A DNA stretch of 64,000 bases from Yuukianura sp. NJ FZ-2021 (taxonomy: Eukaryota): NCBI GenBank assembly GCA_046563655.1, contig CM102285.1, forward strand, positions 1,302,001 to 1,366,000. Direction: 5' to 3'. The notes below the pieces were generated by a model. That model made no database searches and was not told where the DNA came from. It worked only from the letters and a program-made list of their open reading frames with translations. A program made the translations under genes and the position numbers. Every line of letters begins with the position of its first letter. Within the stretch, counting starts at the first letter, position 1. Below, in pieces: positions 49,304 to 62,597 of the stretch.

Positions 49304-51215
49304 ATGATTGGCAAAGCGTCGTTGAAAATAGTGATAGGTTTGCTTGAAATCAGTTCCAAGTTGTACCAAACTACTTTTAAGTGCGATTCGGTTAACTACT
49401 GCGTTGTCGCCACGACACCAGAATTCAAATGGAATAAATTTGTAACATTTGGAATAAAGCGGGTGGGGTTTAAAGTTGCCAGCTTGGTCAAAATCCTGTT
49501 ACTTGCATTTCGGGTCGTACGGTTTCTACAGGCAATATATATCTACGAAATGCCATACCAACACGTAATGTTTCAATGGTTAATCGTAACGCTGTCTGTT
49601 CTCGGAACGACTCTTGCCGCGGTGAGTGCGCTAAGAGTTGACGAATTGGCAGCATTGTACACTATGTTCCTTCGATACGACAAAATATTAACAGGTTAAT
49701 GCACTAATCTAACTAATTAATTGAAAAACTAGTTATTAACTAATTAATTATCAACACAAATTTCAATAACTTATATTTTTAGAGCAATACAAAACAGTGT
49801 ATCCAGTGAGGGACAAGTCGCTTCCTTTTCTCCTGTTTTTTACCGCGTCTCCTGCATTTTTTATTCCTGGACTTTTACTGCTTAATATTTTGAATCCTAG
49901 TATGCCGGTATACCCTACCTCGCTACTCTACTACTTACCGCCAAATTTCAAAATTTTGCGTGTACTGGCATTCGTCTTCCTTCTTGGGGTTGAACTTTGG
50001 CAAACGGCGGCTATTTTTGTTTGCAACGGCATCGTTTGTGCCACAATTACAGTGGCGTTGCTCCATTCAGCCACATTTTGGATTACAGAAATGAGGTACA
50101 TATCCAAATATCATAATATTAGAGACGGTGAGTGAAACGTACTCTGATTCTAGAAAACGATTCTAGCTACAGTAGTGGTATTGTAGGTTCATACGATGTA
50201 TTGTAGAATCTACGTTTCACTCACCGTCTCTCACATGTAAATACAATAGGTAATACAGTAGTCTCTCCTATTTATTCCATTTGCCAAATACAAAACAAAT
50301 TGAATTGAGAAATACAAAACTCGCACCCGTACATTGGCGCTGAACTGGCAAAATGAAGCATGAAATGGCAAATGGGGGATTTTTCAATGACAATTTGACT
50401 CTAGACTGATGTAATTTTCTAACCCCAGTGTAGCGCCATTGCAATCTGTTTTGTATTTGGCAAATGGAATAAATGGGAGGGACTATATTTTATATTATTA
50501 TATTATATTATAATATAATATAACTCAACACAAACAACATGTTATATAAAGGGTAGCTGTAGGGGTAAGAGATGTAATCGGAGGACTTACGGTATCAAAG
50601 TACGTTGCTATACGAGACGGCCTTCTATATTTAAAAAAAAATTTGACGATATGTTTTTACAGCTCCGTTGCGGAAACACCTGGATACTCCAAGTTTGATT
50701 CGAACCACCGGACGCAAAATACGCTTCGCCAAGCTTCTACTTTACTCAGCGTCTACAGATCCTGGCAAGTAATTATGCGCTGGTTCAGCGAAATACTGGA
50801 CTTTGGCATTACTAGCCAGCACTTTATGCTGGCTATTTCACTCATCATTGGAGCATACTCTACGATTGCTTTTTGGGGAGTTCATAACCTAGAGTCCATT
50901 CCAGCTTTTTTGTCCTTTGCTGTTTATCCAGGAGGGTCCTGTACTGTTTTCGTTTGGATTGCATTGGTCCAACCAATGTGTGCAAATCTATCAATGAAAT
51001 GTGAAGAATTCAGGACAATTTGGATATGGCAGTCGCATTTGCGCATGCGCAGAGCACATGGCGTCGAGAGAGGAAAGGCTTTGAGAAAATCCATTGTGTC
51101 ATGTCAAATCCCAACTCTGCATGTACAGCCGTTTTTTCCCTACAAAGTTAGCACAACGCCGCAAGTTCTGGATGAATGTGTTGACAAAACCATTATACTT
51201 TTGCTAGGACTTTAA
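49304..51215 (+). CDS. 7TM chemosensory receptor-like family B, 418 aa; exons 49304-49694, 49783-50095, 50663-51215
   Basis: In-frame paralog of 38510-40099. Confidence 0.75.
50121..50231. mobile_element. Tiny TIR element in receptor intron 2
   Basis: Perfect 21-bp IR agagacggtgagtgaaacgta/tacgtttcactcaccgtctct. It is absent from the paralog introns and has no clear TSD. Confidence 0.65.
50259..50485. mobile_element. MITE in receptor intron 2
   Basis: ~44-bp IR (tagtc.ctcc.atttattccatttgccaaatacaaaaca), absent from the paralog introns. Confidence 0.7.
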
Positions 51216-51554
51216 ACAAATGCGGTTTTATTGCGACAACAATTAATGGTACTCCAGAGAACATTATAACTTCATTAATACAAAGAGTCAAAAAAAAAAA
51301 ACAACCTTTTGTTACAAATTGTTACACACGGCGAAAACTTATTCACTCTACGGAAATGATTTTTTAGTATTAAGTCATCACAATAAGCACTAACAAACAA
51401 ACACCTCATTTCGTTAATATTCAAAGTCGGTCACACAAATGTACCGCACGTTTCGCTAGTATTAAGTCATTACTTTACGGACACACAAACAAACCGCACA
51501 TTTCGTAAGTATTAAAATAGTTGAAATAATATGTATGTAATATACACAACTGAC

Positions 51555-51836
51555 CTCGGATAGGAGTAAAAACGTGTTGTGAGTATCACTGTGTACTTGC
51601 TTGATTTAGTAACTCGATCAGCAAAGTAAATTCTGCGCCGAACATTTGTCCATCTAACTCCGCTATAATGAATCCAGCATCTAGTATTTTCGGTATGTTT
51701 CTGCCTTTTGTTCCATGCTAAAGTGGCATTCTGTTGGGAATGTAAGATAGGTCGCTAGGCTCTTTTCTTCGACTGGCATGAAAAATGCGGAAGACCTAGA
51801 GACTGACATTAGTGTGACATTGACTGCTGTTGACAA
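51555..51836 (-). pseudogene. PARP exon-1 remnant
   Basis: VNSSQCHTNVSL...PNRMPL*HGTK...MFGAE.YFADRVTKS, with a nonsense codon at the Trp of WHGT. Confidence 0.75.
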
Positions 51837-52601
51837 TTTGTTGTGGCTTTTTATACTTTTTATTCTGCTCGAAATATTTTTTCTCCAAAAATTATATAGT
51901 CGCTAAATTCAAAAATTGACTCCATTAAAATGTGTCAGAACCAGCAGTCTAGGAGACTTAGCAGTGACCTGATTTGCCATATTTCTGCAAATAAATTTTA
52001 ATATATTGGCTAGTCGATTTCTAGTTAGTTTCTGTATGTTTTCGTCAAACAGCGTCCGCTGTTTCCTAATTCTATTTTTGAAACTCATTAGAATCCTTAT
52101 AATTCAAGCTGGCCTATGTGGAATCCGCCACAGCTGCAAAACAACACTCCATTCATAGCCCAAAATTTTTACAATAGATATGGCAACAGATAACCAACTT
52201 CCATAGAAACACTAAATACTGAAAAAAAATGGAAATGAAATGGGAAAGCGTTGAGATTAACCAACAGAGACACAAAAAATTGAATTTGAAACCATGCTTT
52301 CAAATACTCTTAATAAAAAACTTGAAATAAACAAAGATATAAAAATTCCGATATATTTGAGAAAAAAAAATTCGCTGTGAAGGTTTATTCAATTTTGGTT
52401 TACAACTGGCAGATGCGTTTTCTAAACAAGAGTATAACGTCATAACTTAAAATTAATCAGTTATGGTGTAAATTAATCTGGTAAACACGTACAGCAGAAA
52501 AAATAATTTATATTGTTCGCACAAAATTAATAAGTGACCTAATAAATCAATCAATTAATTAGTCTAATTTATGAAACTGTGAATGGTAAAAGTTAGAATG
52601 A

Positions 52602-53546
52602 TCATTCCATGAAATGGATATGAAACGGATTGATGCAAACTTTTCCATCCGTAGCCGTAGTTTGACAAGAGTGCCAGCCTCTTTTGCAGTCCTTGTACTC
52701 CATTTTTCGCCCTTCACACAGTATCGCCTAATTACTGATTACTAAGGGAGAACATTCCCAACCGGTTCTCAAGTTTTTGAATTTAAAAAATACAGTTGTG
52801 TTTTGTTTATCGAAGAGCAAATTTTTGCAGTAGTTTTTATTGCCAACGGCAATAACAAAATTACCCGACCTGGGCTCCAAGCCGTGGCCCAACTCCAAAG
52901 GAATAAGGAAAAAAAATTACGTGGAATTTTTGAAATGGAAACATGTTTAGGATGTTGTATCATACAATCTGGACTAGTACTACTGTTGAACAATTTGACA
53001 TACACAAAAATTTTTTTTCTTGAGCAGGGTCATAGGTTCGAGTCGAGGTCGGGGTACTTTTTTTTTGGCGTTGTTAACCAAAACTACTACAGGAGATATT
53101 CTTTTGACATACAGAATATGACTGCATTTTTAAAAGTCAAAAACTTGAGAACCGGTTGGGAATGTTCCCTCGTAAGTAATACCTGATTAGACTTACGTCA
53201 TGAGTTGAACTTTGTTCGGCACTTTCCAATTCACGAATTCGCTGTTTTAAGGCTTCCACTTCTCGTGTCAAATTCTCAATTTGTGCCTCAAGATTTGAAC
53301 CTGACAAAAAATAAACATTGATTTAAAAAAACAGACAGATGTAAATGACAAATTAAATAAATACTTACATTTTGAGCATTTTAGTCGAATGAATAAACTG
53401 CTCTGCAGCACCTCAGACGAAGGCTCGCTGTAGTCGTCTGCCCCTGCCGTAGTATCATTCCAGGAGGTTTCAGCTAAAAAACTCTCCTTAATGCGGCTGA
53501 TGTGCGAGTCAGCTGATGTTTCTGCGCGAGATTTTTTTGGCGACAT
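52602..53546 (-). CDS. Small orphan protein (135 aa): PARP-like N-terminus, coiled coil, Cys/His tail; exons 53369-53546, 53197-53300, 52602-52727
   Basis: Two phase-compatible gtaagt...ag introns give MSPKKSRAETSA...KCSKCSNLEAQIENLTREVEALKQRIRELE...CKRGWHSCQTTATDGKVCINPFHIHFME-stop. Confidence 0.55.
52745..53172. mobile_element. TA-flanked MITE with ~100-bp TIRs
   Basis: gaacattcccaaccggttctcaagtttttga / tcaaaaacttgagaaccggttgggaatgttc, with TA at both flanks. Confidence 0.8.
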
Positions 53547-54155
53547 CTTGACACTTTGATGCCTGTCGCTGATTTCTACAAAATTGCTTTAAATGGAGTT
53601 TGTCTTGACAGTAGTTTTACACTAAAGTGATTGATTTTGAGTTGCTGAATTTGGAAAAAAAAATATTGAAGAGTGATTTATTTTTGAAACAGCTCTGTCC
53701 AAACAAAAGCGCCGCAAAACCTTGAGAAGGAACCAAAAAGATAGTGGACTTAAAGGAAACCTATTTTTAGTTTTTCTTTTTCTTAGGGCTATTTTTTGAA
53801 AATTGTGAACAAAAAATTTTTTTAGGCGACCCTTGAAACGCTAAAACACATCAAACTAAAAGTCTCGAGTTAGCCTCTGCATTTTGTTTTTGCTTTTTAT
53901 ACTTTTTTTTCTGTTGGGAATATTTTTCTCCAAGAAAACATAAAAATCATACAATTGCTAAATTCGAAATTTGGCGAAAATGCGTCAGGACCAGGCAAAT
54001 GTGCCGTCCTCACAAAGACGTGACCGAGAACAAGAGCAGCGTCTCCGTTGTTCTATTTTTGATTTGCCACAACGGGTAATGTCTTTTTTCCTCTCAAAAT
54101 TTTTTCCTCTCAAAAAATCATTTTGTCGGTAAATTCAAAAATTGGCACTATTAAA

Positions 54156-54642
54156 ATGTGTCAGGACCAGCAGTCATCTACGTGTGACCCAGAACATGAG
54201 CAGAGTCGCCATTACTTTGCGTTTTTGATTTGCCAAAACCGGTATGTTTTCGTTTTTAATTAGACAGATTTTTTAAATTCTAGTATAACAATATAAAAAG
54301 AAGTTTATTTTTCCATTTTTAGGCAATTTTTGAAATTTTGAGTTTCACGTGACAGATGAAGACAGGCTGGAGGAAATTTTAAATCACTCGAACGTGGAGT
54401 GGATGAGCGCCATTTTTCCGCCAAGTTTGTGCAACTTGAAAGGAATTCCGTTTTTGATCAAATTCAAATCTTCCCTCCAAATCATCCGAATTGAAAGGAA
54501 TGACTCACACTGCAGTTCATTCTCAACTGATGGACTGGTCAAGTTCCTGACCTTCACAAGCCCAATCCTAAAATCGCTGGACATCGCTGAAAACTTGGAA
54601 CTTTGGTTCGTCAGCGCCATGTTCCAATTCTTACACTTTTGA
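54156..54642 (+). pseudogene. F-box gene pseudogene
   Basis: 2-nt deletion in exon 1 and deletion of the F-box core between gagtt microhomologies (~54340). An extra exon-1 copy lies at ~53979-54075. Confidence 0.7.
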
Positions 54643-54990
54643 CAACACGAACAAAAATGTCATAGACAATTTTATATTGACAACAATATTGACAGCAACG
54701 TTATTTGTTATTCTTATATGATTTTCGGAATTTTCCACCTTAGTTTGTTGTAATTGATTTTGGAAGCATATTATATTTTCCGGGGAAAACGCAGATCTAC
54801 CACAATATATTCTTTTGAGACACAGAAAATTCGGAAGAGATATTTTTGAGATAATGTGCTAGAGTGGATATATATTTTTGAGATATGTCGGAACGAGATA
54901 TGCGCAGTTTTACAACCAATAGTAAACACTCGCAAAATTTGAAAAACAGCTCTTGTTTGAACAAAACGCCAAATTTTGAAATTCGAAATT

Positions 54991-56673
54991 TCAAATGATG
55001 ACGAGTTCCGAGTTTGCACGGCCGTATTTGTCACGATGTGCGTAGAACAAATCTGTGAGTGCAGTCATGTACTTGGCATGAACTTCATCAATATATTCTT
55101 GGCTCGGATTGGCTTGAAACTCCACAGGGATTGGAGCACCGACTGAAAAATGCAAATTTTGAATATGATTTTCAAAATTTTGATTATATTTTTGAAAAAT
55201 CTTACCGACTGTAGTGATTGGACACCGTCTTGGAAGAATTCCAAATGAATACTGAAAAATTCCTCTACCTAGAAAGAAAATTGGCACTGCACCATACAGA
55301 TCTACGCATTTATCCTGGAAATTTCTAAGCCTAGATCCCTTTGGATTCTTCGGTTGAGAGTAAATATCGGTTTCACCAAAACTGTAAACCGGTACTAGTG
55401 GTGCTCTGAAATGAAAAATTTTGAATTATGAAACTGGCAGGAAATTTAAAAATTTTCGTTGCGTTTGCAGTTATACCCATTTTGAATGGCGACCTTGATA
55501 AATCCTTTTCGGTTTTTCAAATAAACGACGTCAGTTCCGGGAGAGGAGTAAAGCGCTAAAAATCAAATTACAAAATTTAGTCTAAAGAATCGTTGAAGGT
55601 GTTTTAGTAAAGCAAATTTTTTTAAGTTTTTTGAAAATTGTTGTTACTATATAACCTTCACGAGCTCCTCCAGGTACAATTACCAAGCCGTTTCCGACGC
55701 CATTTTTACTCAACAGAAAGTTCATACTTTGCCGCGATACGGAACATGCACCTACAAGTAGTAAAATTCGAAAGGTGGCGGAATTTTTTTGAAGTATTTT
55801 TTTTCAGTTTTTTATTTCTGAAAACCTGTACCCCATGCAAGAGTGACGTCACGAAATCCTGGAATTCGAAAATTCCCGTCAAGCGTGAGAAGCCTGGTTG
55901 ATATGCCAGGGAAAACTTGACTGACGTTGGTGCCTTCAGAACCAAAGTTCCCATGCACACCTTCACATTTGACTCAAAGTTAAGATCTCAAAAATTTCCC
56001 AATTTCACATCGTTTTCGCAAAACAATTGCTCTTACCGCAACTGATTATTCCATGGGGGTGGCACACCATTAAGTAGTTCCTAGATGGATCCAGTTCTGT
56101 CGTTTTCACTAGCCGAATTGGAAAGTAATTGCACCACCATTTCCACAGTCTAAGATGCCGCCAGAAGTAGGACCTACAAAACCCGAATTTTTGAATTTTT
56201 CAAAAAAGTTCAAAATTTTTGAAAATGTTTGTACCTTCGTCCCCCTGTTCTCCCAATGTTTCTGTCGTAAATCAACCAAGTGATATATGCAAGTCCGAAA
56301 TACCAGTAACGTGTGTACAGTAATACATAAAGGAGCAGAACTGGACCAAGAACAGGAAGAAACCATAGAAACAGCCATACCGTGGTGCCAAACTGCAAAT
56401 AGTTTTAATACTTTTAATATTTTATATATTTTATACAATATATAATTTATATAAATTATACAAATTTTTTCTCTTAACTGTTTCCAAGCGCCTAGACCAT
56501 GGAATCCAGAGGGGAGCGAATTCAATCAATCTAAAAATAAAGTATTTGTCGAAAATCATAAATTAAGGTAAACTAGGGTATATTTTCAAAAATTAAAGTT
56601 AAAAAAATTTTGGTTGCAAAAAAAAACTCTACCTTCTCCGTTGTACGCGCCGCTCGGTTGCATTTTCACTCAT
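54991..56673 (-). CDS. DGAT2/MOGAT-family acyltransferase, copy C
   Basis: Same exon set and motifs (YFP, HPHG, GGARE, RKGF, YSFGE). Not every codon was checked. Confidence 0.8.
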
Positions 56674-57808
56674 GTTTTTTTCTTCTGTACAAAAATGCTG
56701 TATAACTTGTTGGAAATTTGACTTCTTATGGAATTTGTTAGAAATTTTTTTTGTATTTTCTAACTTAGGTCGCTGTTTTTTCCAGGAAGGTCACTATGGC
56801 TCTAATTTCAAACTTTGACAGCAGGTGACTGAATTTATGTCATTTGAATACATGCATCACATGCAAAGTGATGCTGAATTCTTAAACCCGTAGTGAGTTC
56901 TACTCCCGTCTTTATATTACCTTCAATAATTTATACTTAAACAACGTGAAATACCTAGGCAACCCGACCTTTTAAACTTTAGACTGATATAATTGCTTCT
57001 GACGTTTTTGTCCTCTGATGTAATTGTAGTTGATGTAAGTGATTCTGATGTATTTTTCACATATATAAAAGTCACTTACGTCAATCAACGGATGTACTGA
57101 CGTGCAGTGCTCTGTGAGTGTTTATCCGGACCCGGACGCATAGTTTCATTTTACCGTAAATATTCTTTATGGACAAACGAAATGGATATCTCCAAAAACT
57201 TTTACAATCTGAAAGACTGAACTTTATTTTACTCAACTTCTTTTTAAAAGTTACGTTTCTTTGAGTTATTAGAACTTTTGCCGTTGCAAGGTCATTCAAC
57301 AACACTTCAAGGTTATTCGAAATATAAGAATTATAAAAAAACCGCTAAAGTTTTAACGTTAACGATTTTCAAATTTCTCTGGTCACTAGGCGGAAAATCT
57401 CAGCAGCGGTACTACTCAAACTATTCTGAGTTTCGAATTTTTTTTTTGGTGGTAAGTCCGCGTTTGCGTTTAGGATGCTAGAAAAACATTTAAGGAACGT
57501 GTGAAATAATTACCAGGTTAAAAAAAGTTTCATTCAGTAGAGAAGGCTACTTTATGCAACCACCTTGTGTGTCTGTCTGTCTGTCTGTCCGTGCATTGTC
57601 CGCAATTGGTTTATTGTAATTTGGTCGGAATTGGATTGGTCGAAAAGGTCGATAGGAAACAACACCACAAACTCTGGACGAACGTGTTAACAAAAACTGT
57701 TGCACTACTGCTTGGAATTAAAAAAACACGATTGCAGTAACTGTTAATGATAGTAAGCCAGAATATATACTTTATTAGCGCAAAGTTTAAAAACTGCATT
57801 ATTTTTTT

Positions 57809-59381
57809 TCATTTACTCGTAAGACAAGCAACCAATGTGAAGGTAACAGTTAACAAAATTATGCAACTACCGGCAAATTTACCAATCCAGTCGAACATAC
57901 TCGTCTCCTGATCTAAATCAGTTTGCGCAGTCGCATTTCTGGTCGTACCGTGATTGACCGGTACAACTTGAGTCGTACCGTCATTGACCGGTACAACTTG
58001 AGTCGTAGCGTGATTGACCGGTACAACTTGAGTCGTACCATGATTGACCGGTACAAGTTGACCGGATCCTGACGAACTACCTCCATCAGTTGACCCTGGA
58101 TCACAGTTAGTAGTGCTGGATGGGGTGACAAGAACCAGTGGGGTGTAGCCACGTCTGACATGTACTTCTACTAGATATCGGATGACAATCCGTTACGGAT
58201 CGTAGACGACAAACTCGTTGTAGTTGAGTGCATGTTTCGAGTATTTGGTACATCTGGCAGTTTTTCCATACGGTATCAAACACCCATCGAGTTCTCCACT
58301 GTCAGTCCAGTCTGGAGTGTAGGTTCCAGTTCCCTTGACACTGTCGAATCCACGAGGAGGCGCTGTCCAGTCACTGTGGTCTTTTTTGCATGAATGATCT
58401 TTCCAAGTCCAACCTGAAATGACGCAGTAACATAGTTAATTTAGATGTTTTAAAACATAGTACTTCACATATTTGTTCAGGCAGCCGTACACACAGACAG
58501 ACGCAGATTTTATTAGTATTAATTAAGTCATGCTATTTACGTTACGGACAAACAGACGCATATTAAAATACATAGTAATTGTAATACAGTAGAACCTCTC
58601 ATCTCGCAACTCTGACTAGTTGGTTTGAGTGTTTGGCGACTACACTGTAAGGCTCTAAATTCTAGCACATCGTCTGAGGTATTGCAATTATTGTAACGCC
58701 TAAATGTGTTGTTAACAATACAACTCCCTCCAAAAAGAATTTAAATTTTACGGTACACGGACGTCGGCAGATGTGTAGCCAAATGTTGCGTCATGAGAAG
58801 TTCTGCCGTATTATGTTATGTAAACAGCTGACCTCACAGAGAAGTAGAAACCCGATGGTCGAGTACCTATCGTCAGCGTACTTGCTTGCTTTAGTGACTC
58901 GATCAGCAAAGTAAATTCCGGCGCCGAACATTTGTCCATCTAACTCTGGGATAATGAATCCAGAATGCAGTATATCCGGTATGTTTCTGCGTTTTGTTCC
59001 ATGCCAAAGCAGCATTCGGTTGGGTATGTCAATTAGCCTTTTTGGATCCCATCGTCGTCGTACACGATGAATACGGACGACACTGAGATTGACATCAGTG
59101 TGACATTGACTATACTCGACATAGGTACTAACAATTTTCTGGTGATTGGATCCATTGTCACACAGTTTGAGCAATGCATTTCTTTTGATGCAAGTGGATG
59201 TTGTATCCGTCAATTGAGCAATTCTATGCACGTAGTACAGTTCTTCTGGCTGATTCAATTCAATTTTGTGCCAACCATAATCGTCTTCTGAATCATCTGT
59301 CCAGTCCGTACCATGATAACTGGACGAATCTGTGCGGAACCAGTGTGCCGATGCTTTTTCACGAGATTTTCTGGGCGCCAT
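57809..59381 (-). pseudogene. PARP pseudogene with TM tail; exons 58833-59381, 57809-58413
   Basis: H-Y-E motifs are present, but there is a 1-nt deletion near 58395 and an in-frame TAA (YDP*RIV, ~58193-58195). Confidence 0.8.
57941..58060. repeat. 30-bp x4 coding tandem repeat in the PARP tail
   Basis: agtcgtaccgtgattgaccggtacaacttg units encode QVVPVNHGTT-like decapeptides on the minus strand. Confidence 0.9.
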
Positions 59382-59840
59382 TTTGAAACTTTGTTGCGTG
59401 TGGCCGGTTTTCAACAAAGTGCCTATAAATGGAGAGTGGTGGTGTGTCTCGCAAGTAGGTTTTACACTAAAAGTGCTTGATGTTGAGTTGTTCAAACCAA
59501 AAAAAAAAAATTTGAACACTGATTTTTTTTAGAAACCTGCCTTGTTCAAACTAAGGATCTCATAACCTCAAGGAATGAACTTAAAACGGACGAGGACTTA
59601 AGGGAAATAATGGGAACCTATTTTTAGTTTTCCTTTTCTGGTTTTTTTTTTGAAAATTGTGAACAAAACTTTTTTCCATCGGACCCCTTGAAATGCTAAA
59701 GGACACAAAACAAACAGCCTCAAGTTAGTCTCTACATTTTTGTTCGTTCATTTGCTTTTTACACTTTTTTTTCTGGCCGAAAATTTTTTTTCTCTCAAAA
59801 AATCATCTCGTCGGTAAATTCAAAAATTGGCTCCATTAAA

Positions 59841-60424
59841 ATGTGTCAGGACCAGCAGTCACCTACGCGAGACGAAGAAAATGAGCAGAGTCGCCATTAT
59901 TTTGCTCTTTTTGATTTGCCACAACCGGTACGTTTAGTTTTTGTTTAAACAGATTTTTTAAATTCAAGTATAGCAATATAAAAAGAAGTTTATTTTTCCA
60001 TTTTTAGACAATTTTTGAAGTTTTGAGTTTTTTGGACACTCCAGCGCTGTTGGCTTTACGTTTGACTTCAAAGGCGGCAAAATCATGCGTCGAATCGACT
60101 CCAGAATGCTTTCAAAATCTAAGAGTTCACGTGACAGATGAAGACAGGCTGGAGGAAATTTTAAATCACTCGAACGTGGAGTGGATGAGCGCCAGTATTT
60201 CGCCAAGTTTGTGCAACTTGAAAGGAATTCCGTTTTTGATCAAATTCAAATCTTCCCTCCAAATCATCCGAATTGAAAGGAACGACTCAGATTGCAGTTC
60301 ATTTTCAACTGATGGACTTGTCAAGTTTCTGACCTACACAAGCCCAAATCTAAAATCGCTGGATATCGCTGAAAACCTGGAACTTTGGTTCGTCAGCGCC
60401 ATGTTCCAATTTTTACACTTTTGA
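59841..60424 (+). CDS. Short F-box protein (~167 aa); exons 59841-59927, 60008-60424
   Basis: FDLPQP|TIFEVLSFLDTPALLALRLTSK, near-identical to 41295-41886. Confidence 0.65.
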
Positions 60425-60889
60425 CAAAACGGGCAAAAATGCCATCGACAATTTTTTATTGACAACAATATTGACAGCAACAAGATTTGTTATTCTTGCA
60501 CAAACTATTTAAGTATGTAAACTTTTCGAAATCGCAAACATTAAATTGTTGTAATTGATTATAGAAGCATAGCATATTATATGTTCCAGAGAAAACGCAG
60601 ATCTACCATATAGTATGCTAGAATATTTTAAAAATATATTGGAGAGAAACACATTTGAGATATGGAACGAGATATTTTTGAGATATGAAAGATTCGGAAG
60701 AGATATTTTTGAGATAATGTGCTAGAGTAGATACATTTTGGAGACATACCAAGTATTGCAAAGGAATATTTCTCAGATATATCGGAACGAAATATTTCCG
60801 TATGCGCTGTTTAGAACCAAAAAAAAACTCGCAAGTTTAGAAAAAAATCTCTTGTTTGAACAAAACGCCAAATTTTGAAGTTAGAAATT

Positions 60890-62597
60890 TCAAACTATGA
60901 TAAGTTCAGAGTTTGCGTGTCCGTATTTGTCACGATGTGTGTAGAACAAATCTGTGAGTGCAGTCATGTACTTGGCATGAACTTCGTCAATATAATCTTG
61001 ACTTGGATTGGCTTGTAGCTCTACAGGGATTGGTGCACCGACTGCAAAATGGAAATTTTGAATATGATGTTTCAAAATTTTGATTATATTTTTGAAAAAT
61101 CTTACCGACTGAAGTAATTGGACATCGTCTTGGTAGAATTCCAAATGAATATTGAAAAATTCCTCTGCCTAAAACCAAAATTGGCACTGCCCCAAAAAGA
61201 TCAACGCATTTATCCTGGAAATACCTAAGCCAAGATCCCTTTGGATTTTGTGGCTGAGAGTAAATATCGGTTTCACCAAAACTGTAAATTGGTACTAGTG
61301 AAGCTCTGAAATTCAAAATTTTGAATTTTGGCGGGAATATTAATAGTTTTAAAATTTCTACTTTTGTTTACAATTGTACCCATTTTGAATAGCGACCTTG
61401 ATAAATCCTTTTCGTTTTTTCAAGTAGACTATGTCTGTTCCGGGAGAGGAGTAAAGTGCTAAAATTCAGGGTGCAAAATTTATTACAAAGATTCGTTCGA
61501 AACGTTTTAATGAAACAAATTTTGAAAAAAGTTTTTTGAAAATTGTTTAAACTTTTTACTAACCTTCACGAGCTCCTCCAGGTGTCATAACCACGCCGTT
61601 TCCGGCTCCGTTTTTACTCAACAGAAAATTCATACTTTCCCGCGATACCGAACATCCACCTGAATCAATTCGAAAAGTCACAAAATTTTGAAAATCAAAA
61701 TTTTGAAAATCAAAGTTTTGAAAACTTCTCAATAACCGTACCAAATGCTACTACCGCATCACGAAATCCGGGAACTAGAAAGTTTCCGTCAAGTGTGAGA
61801 AAGGTTATTTTGATTCCAGTGAAAACCTGACTAACGTTGTTGCCCTCTGTCCCAAAATTTCCGAGCAGACCTTCACATTTTCCACAAATTTCAAATTTCA
61901 AAAATTTCAAAATGAAAACTTTTCATAGAAGTGACTCTTACCGGAAGTGGCCATTCCATGAGGGTGGTGCGGCATTAAGTAGTTTCTGGATGGATCCAGT
62001 TCTGCCGTTTTCACTAACCGAATTGGAAAGTAATTGCAGTACCATTTCCACACTCTGGAGTTCCGCCACAAGTCAGACCTTCAAAAAAACAATGTTTAGA
62101 AATTTTTCAAAAAATGTTCAAAATTTTGAAAATGTTTTGTACCTTCGTCCTCCTGTTCTCCCAATGTTTCTATCGTAAATCATCCAAGTGATGTAGGCAA
62201 GTCCAAAATACCAATAAGTGGTGTACAGTAGAACGTAAATGAGCAGTAATGGACCAAGAACAGGCAAAAACCAGATGAACAGCCATGATGCAACGCCAAA
62301 CTGGATTTTGTTGTAATAATTATCATAATAAAATATAACTATAATTAATACAATAACTTTATATTAATTCATAAAAAATTCTTTCTCTTTACCGTTTCCA
62401 AGCGCCTTGACCATGGAATCCAAAGCGGAGCAAATTCAATGAACCTAAAAAACATTTTTGGAAAACATAAATTTGTGAACATAAATTCAACAAATGAAAG
62501 CTGTGAAACCAAAGTTTAAAAAGAATTAGAAAATGTAAAAAACCTACCGTTTCCGCTGTACGCACTGCTTATTTATAATTTCAGTTTCACTTATCAT
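60890..62597 (-). CDS. DGAT2/MOGAT-family acyltransferase, copy D
   Basis: YFP, HHPHG, GGARE, RKGF and YSFGE motifs with the conserved exon layout. Confidence 0.8.

Noticed and set aside
57536-57600. (GTCT)n tract with short hairpin, DINE/Helentron-like; related gacacacaaac motifs in PARP introns
   Set aside because: Too short and degenerate to define element boundaries from this window alone.
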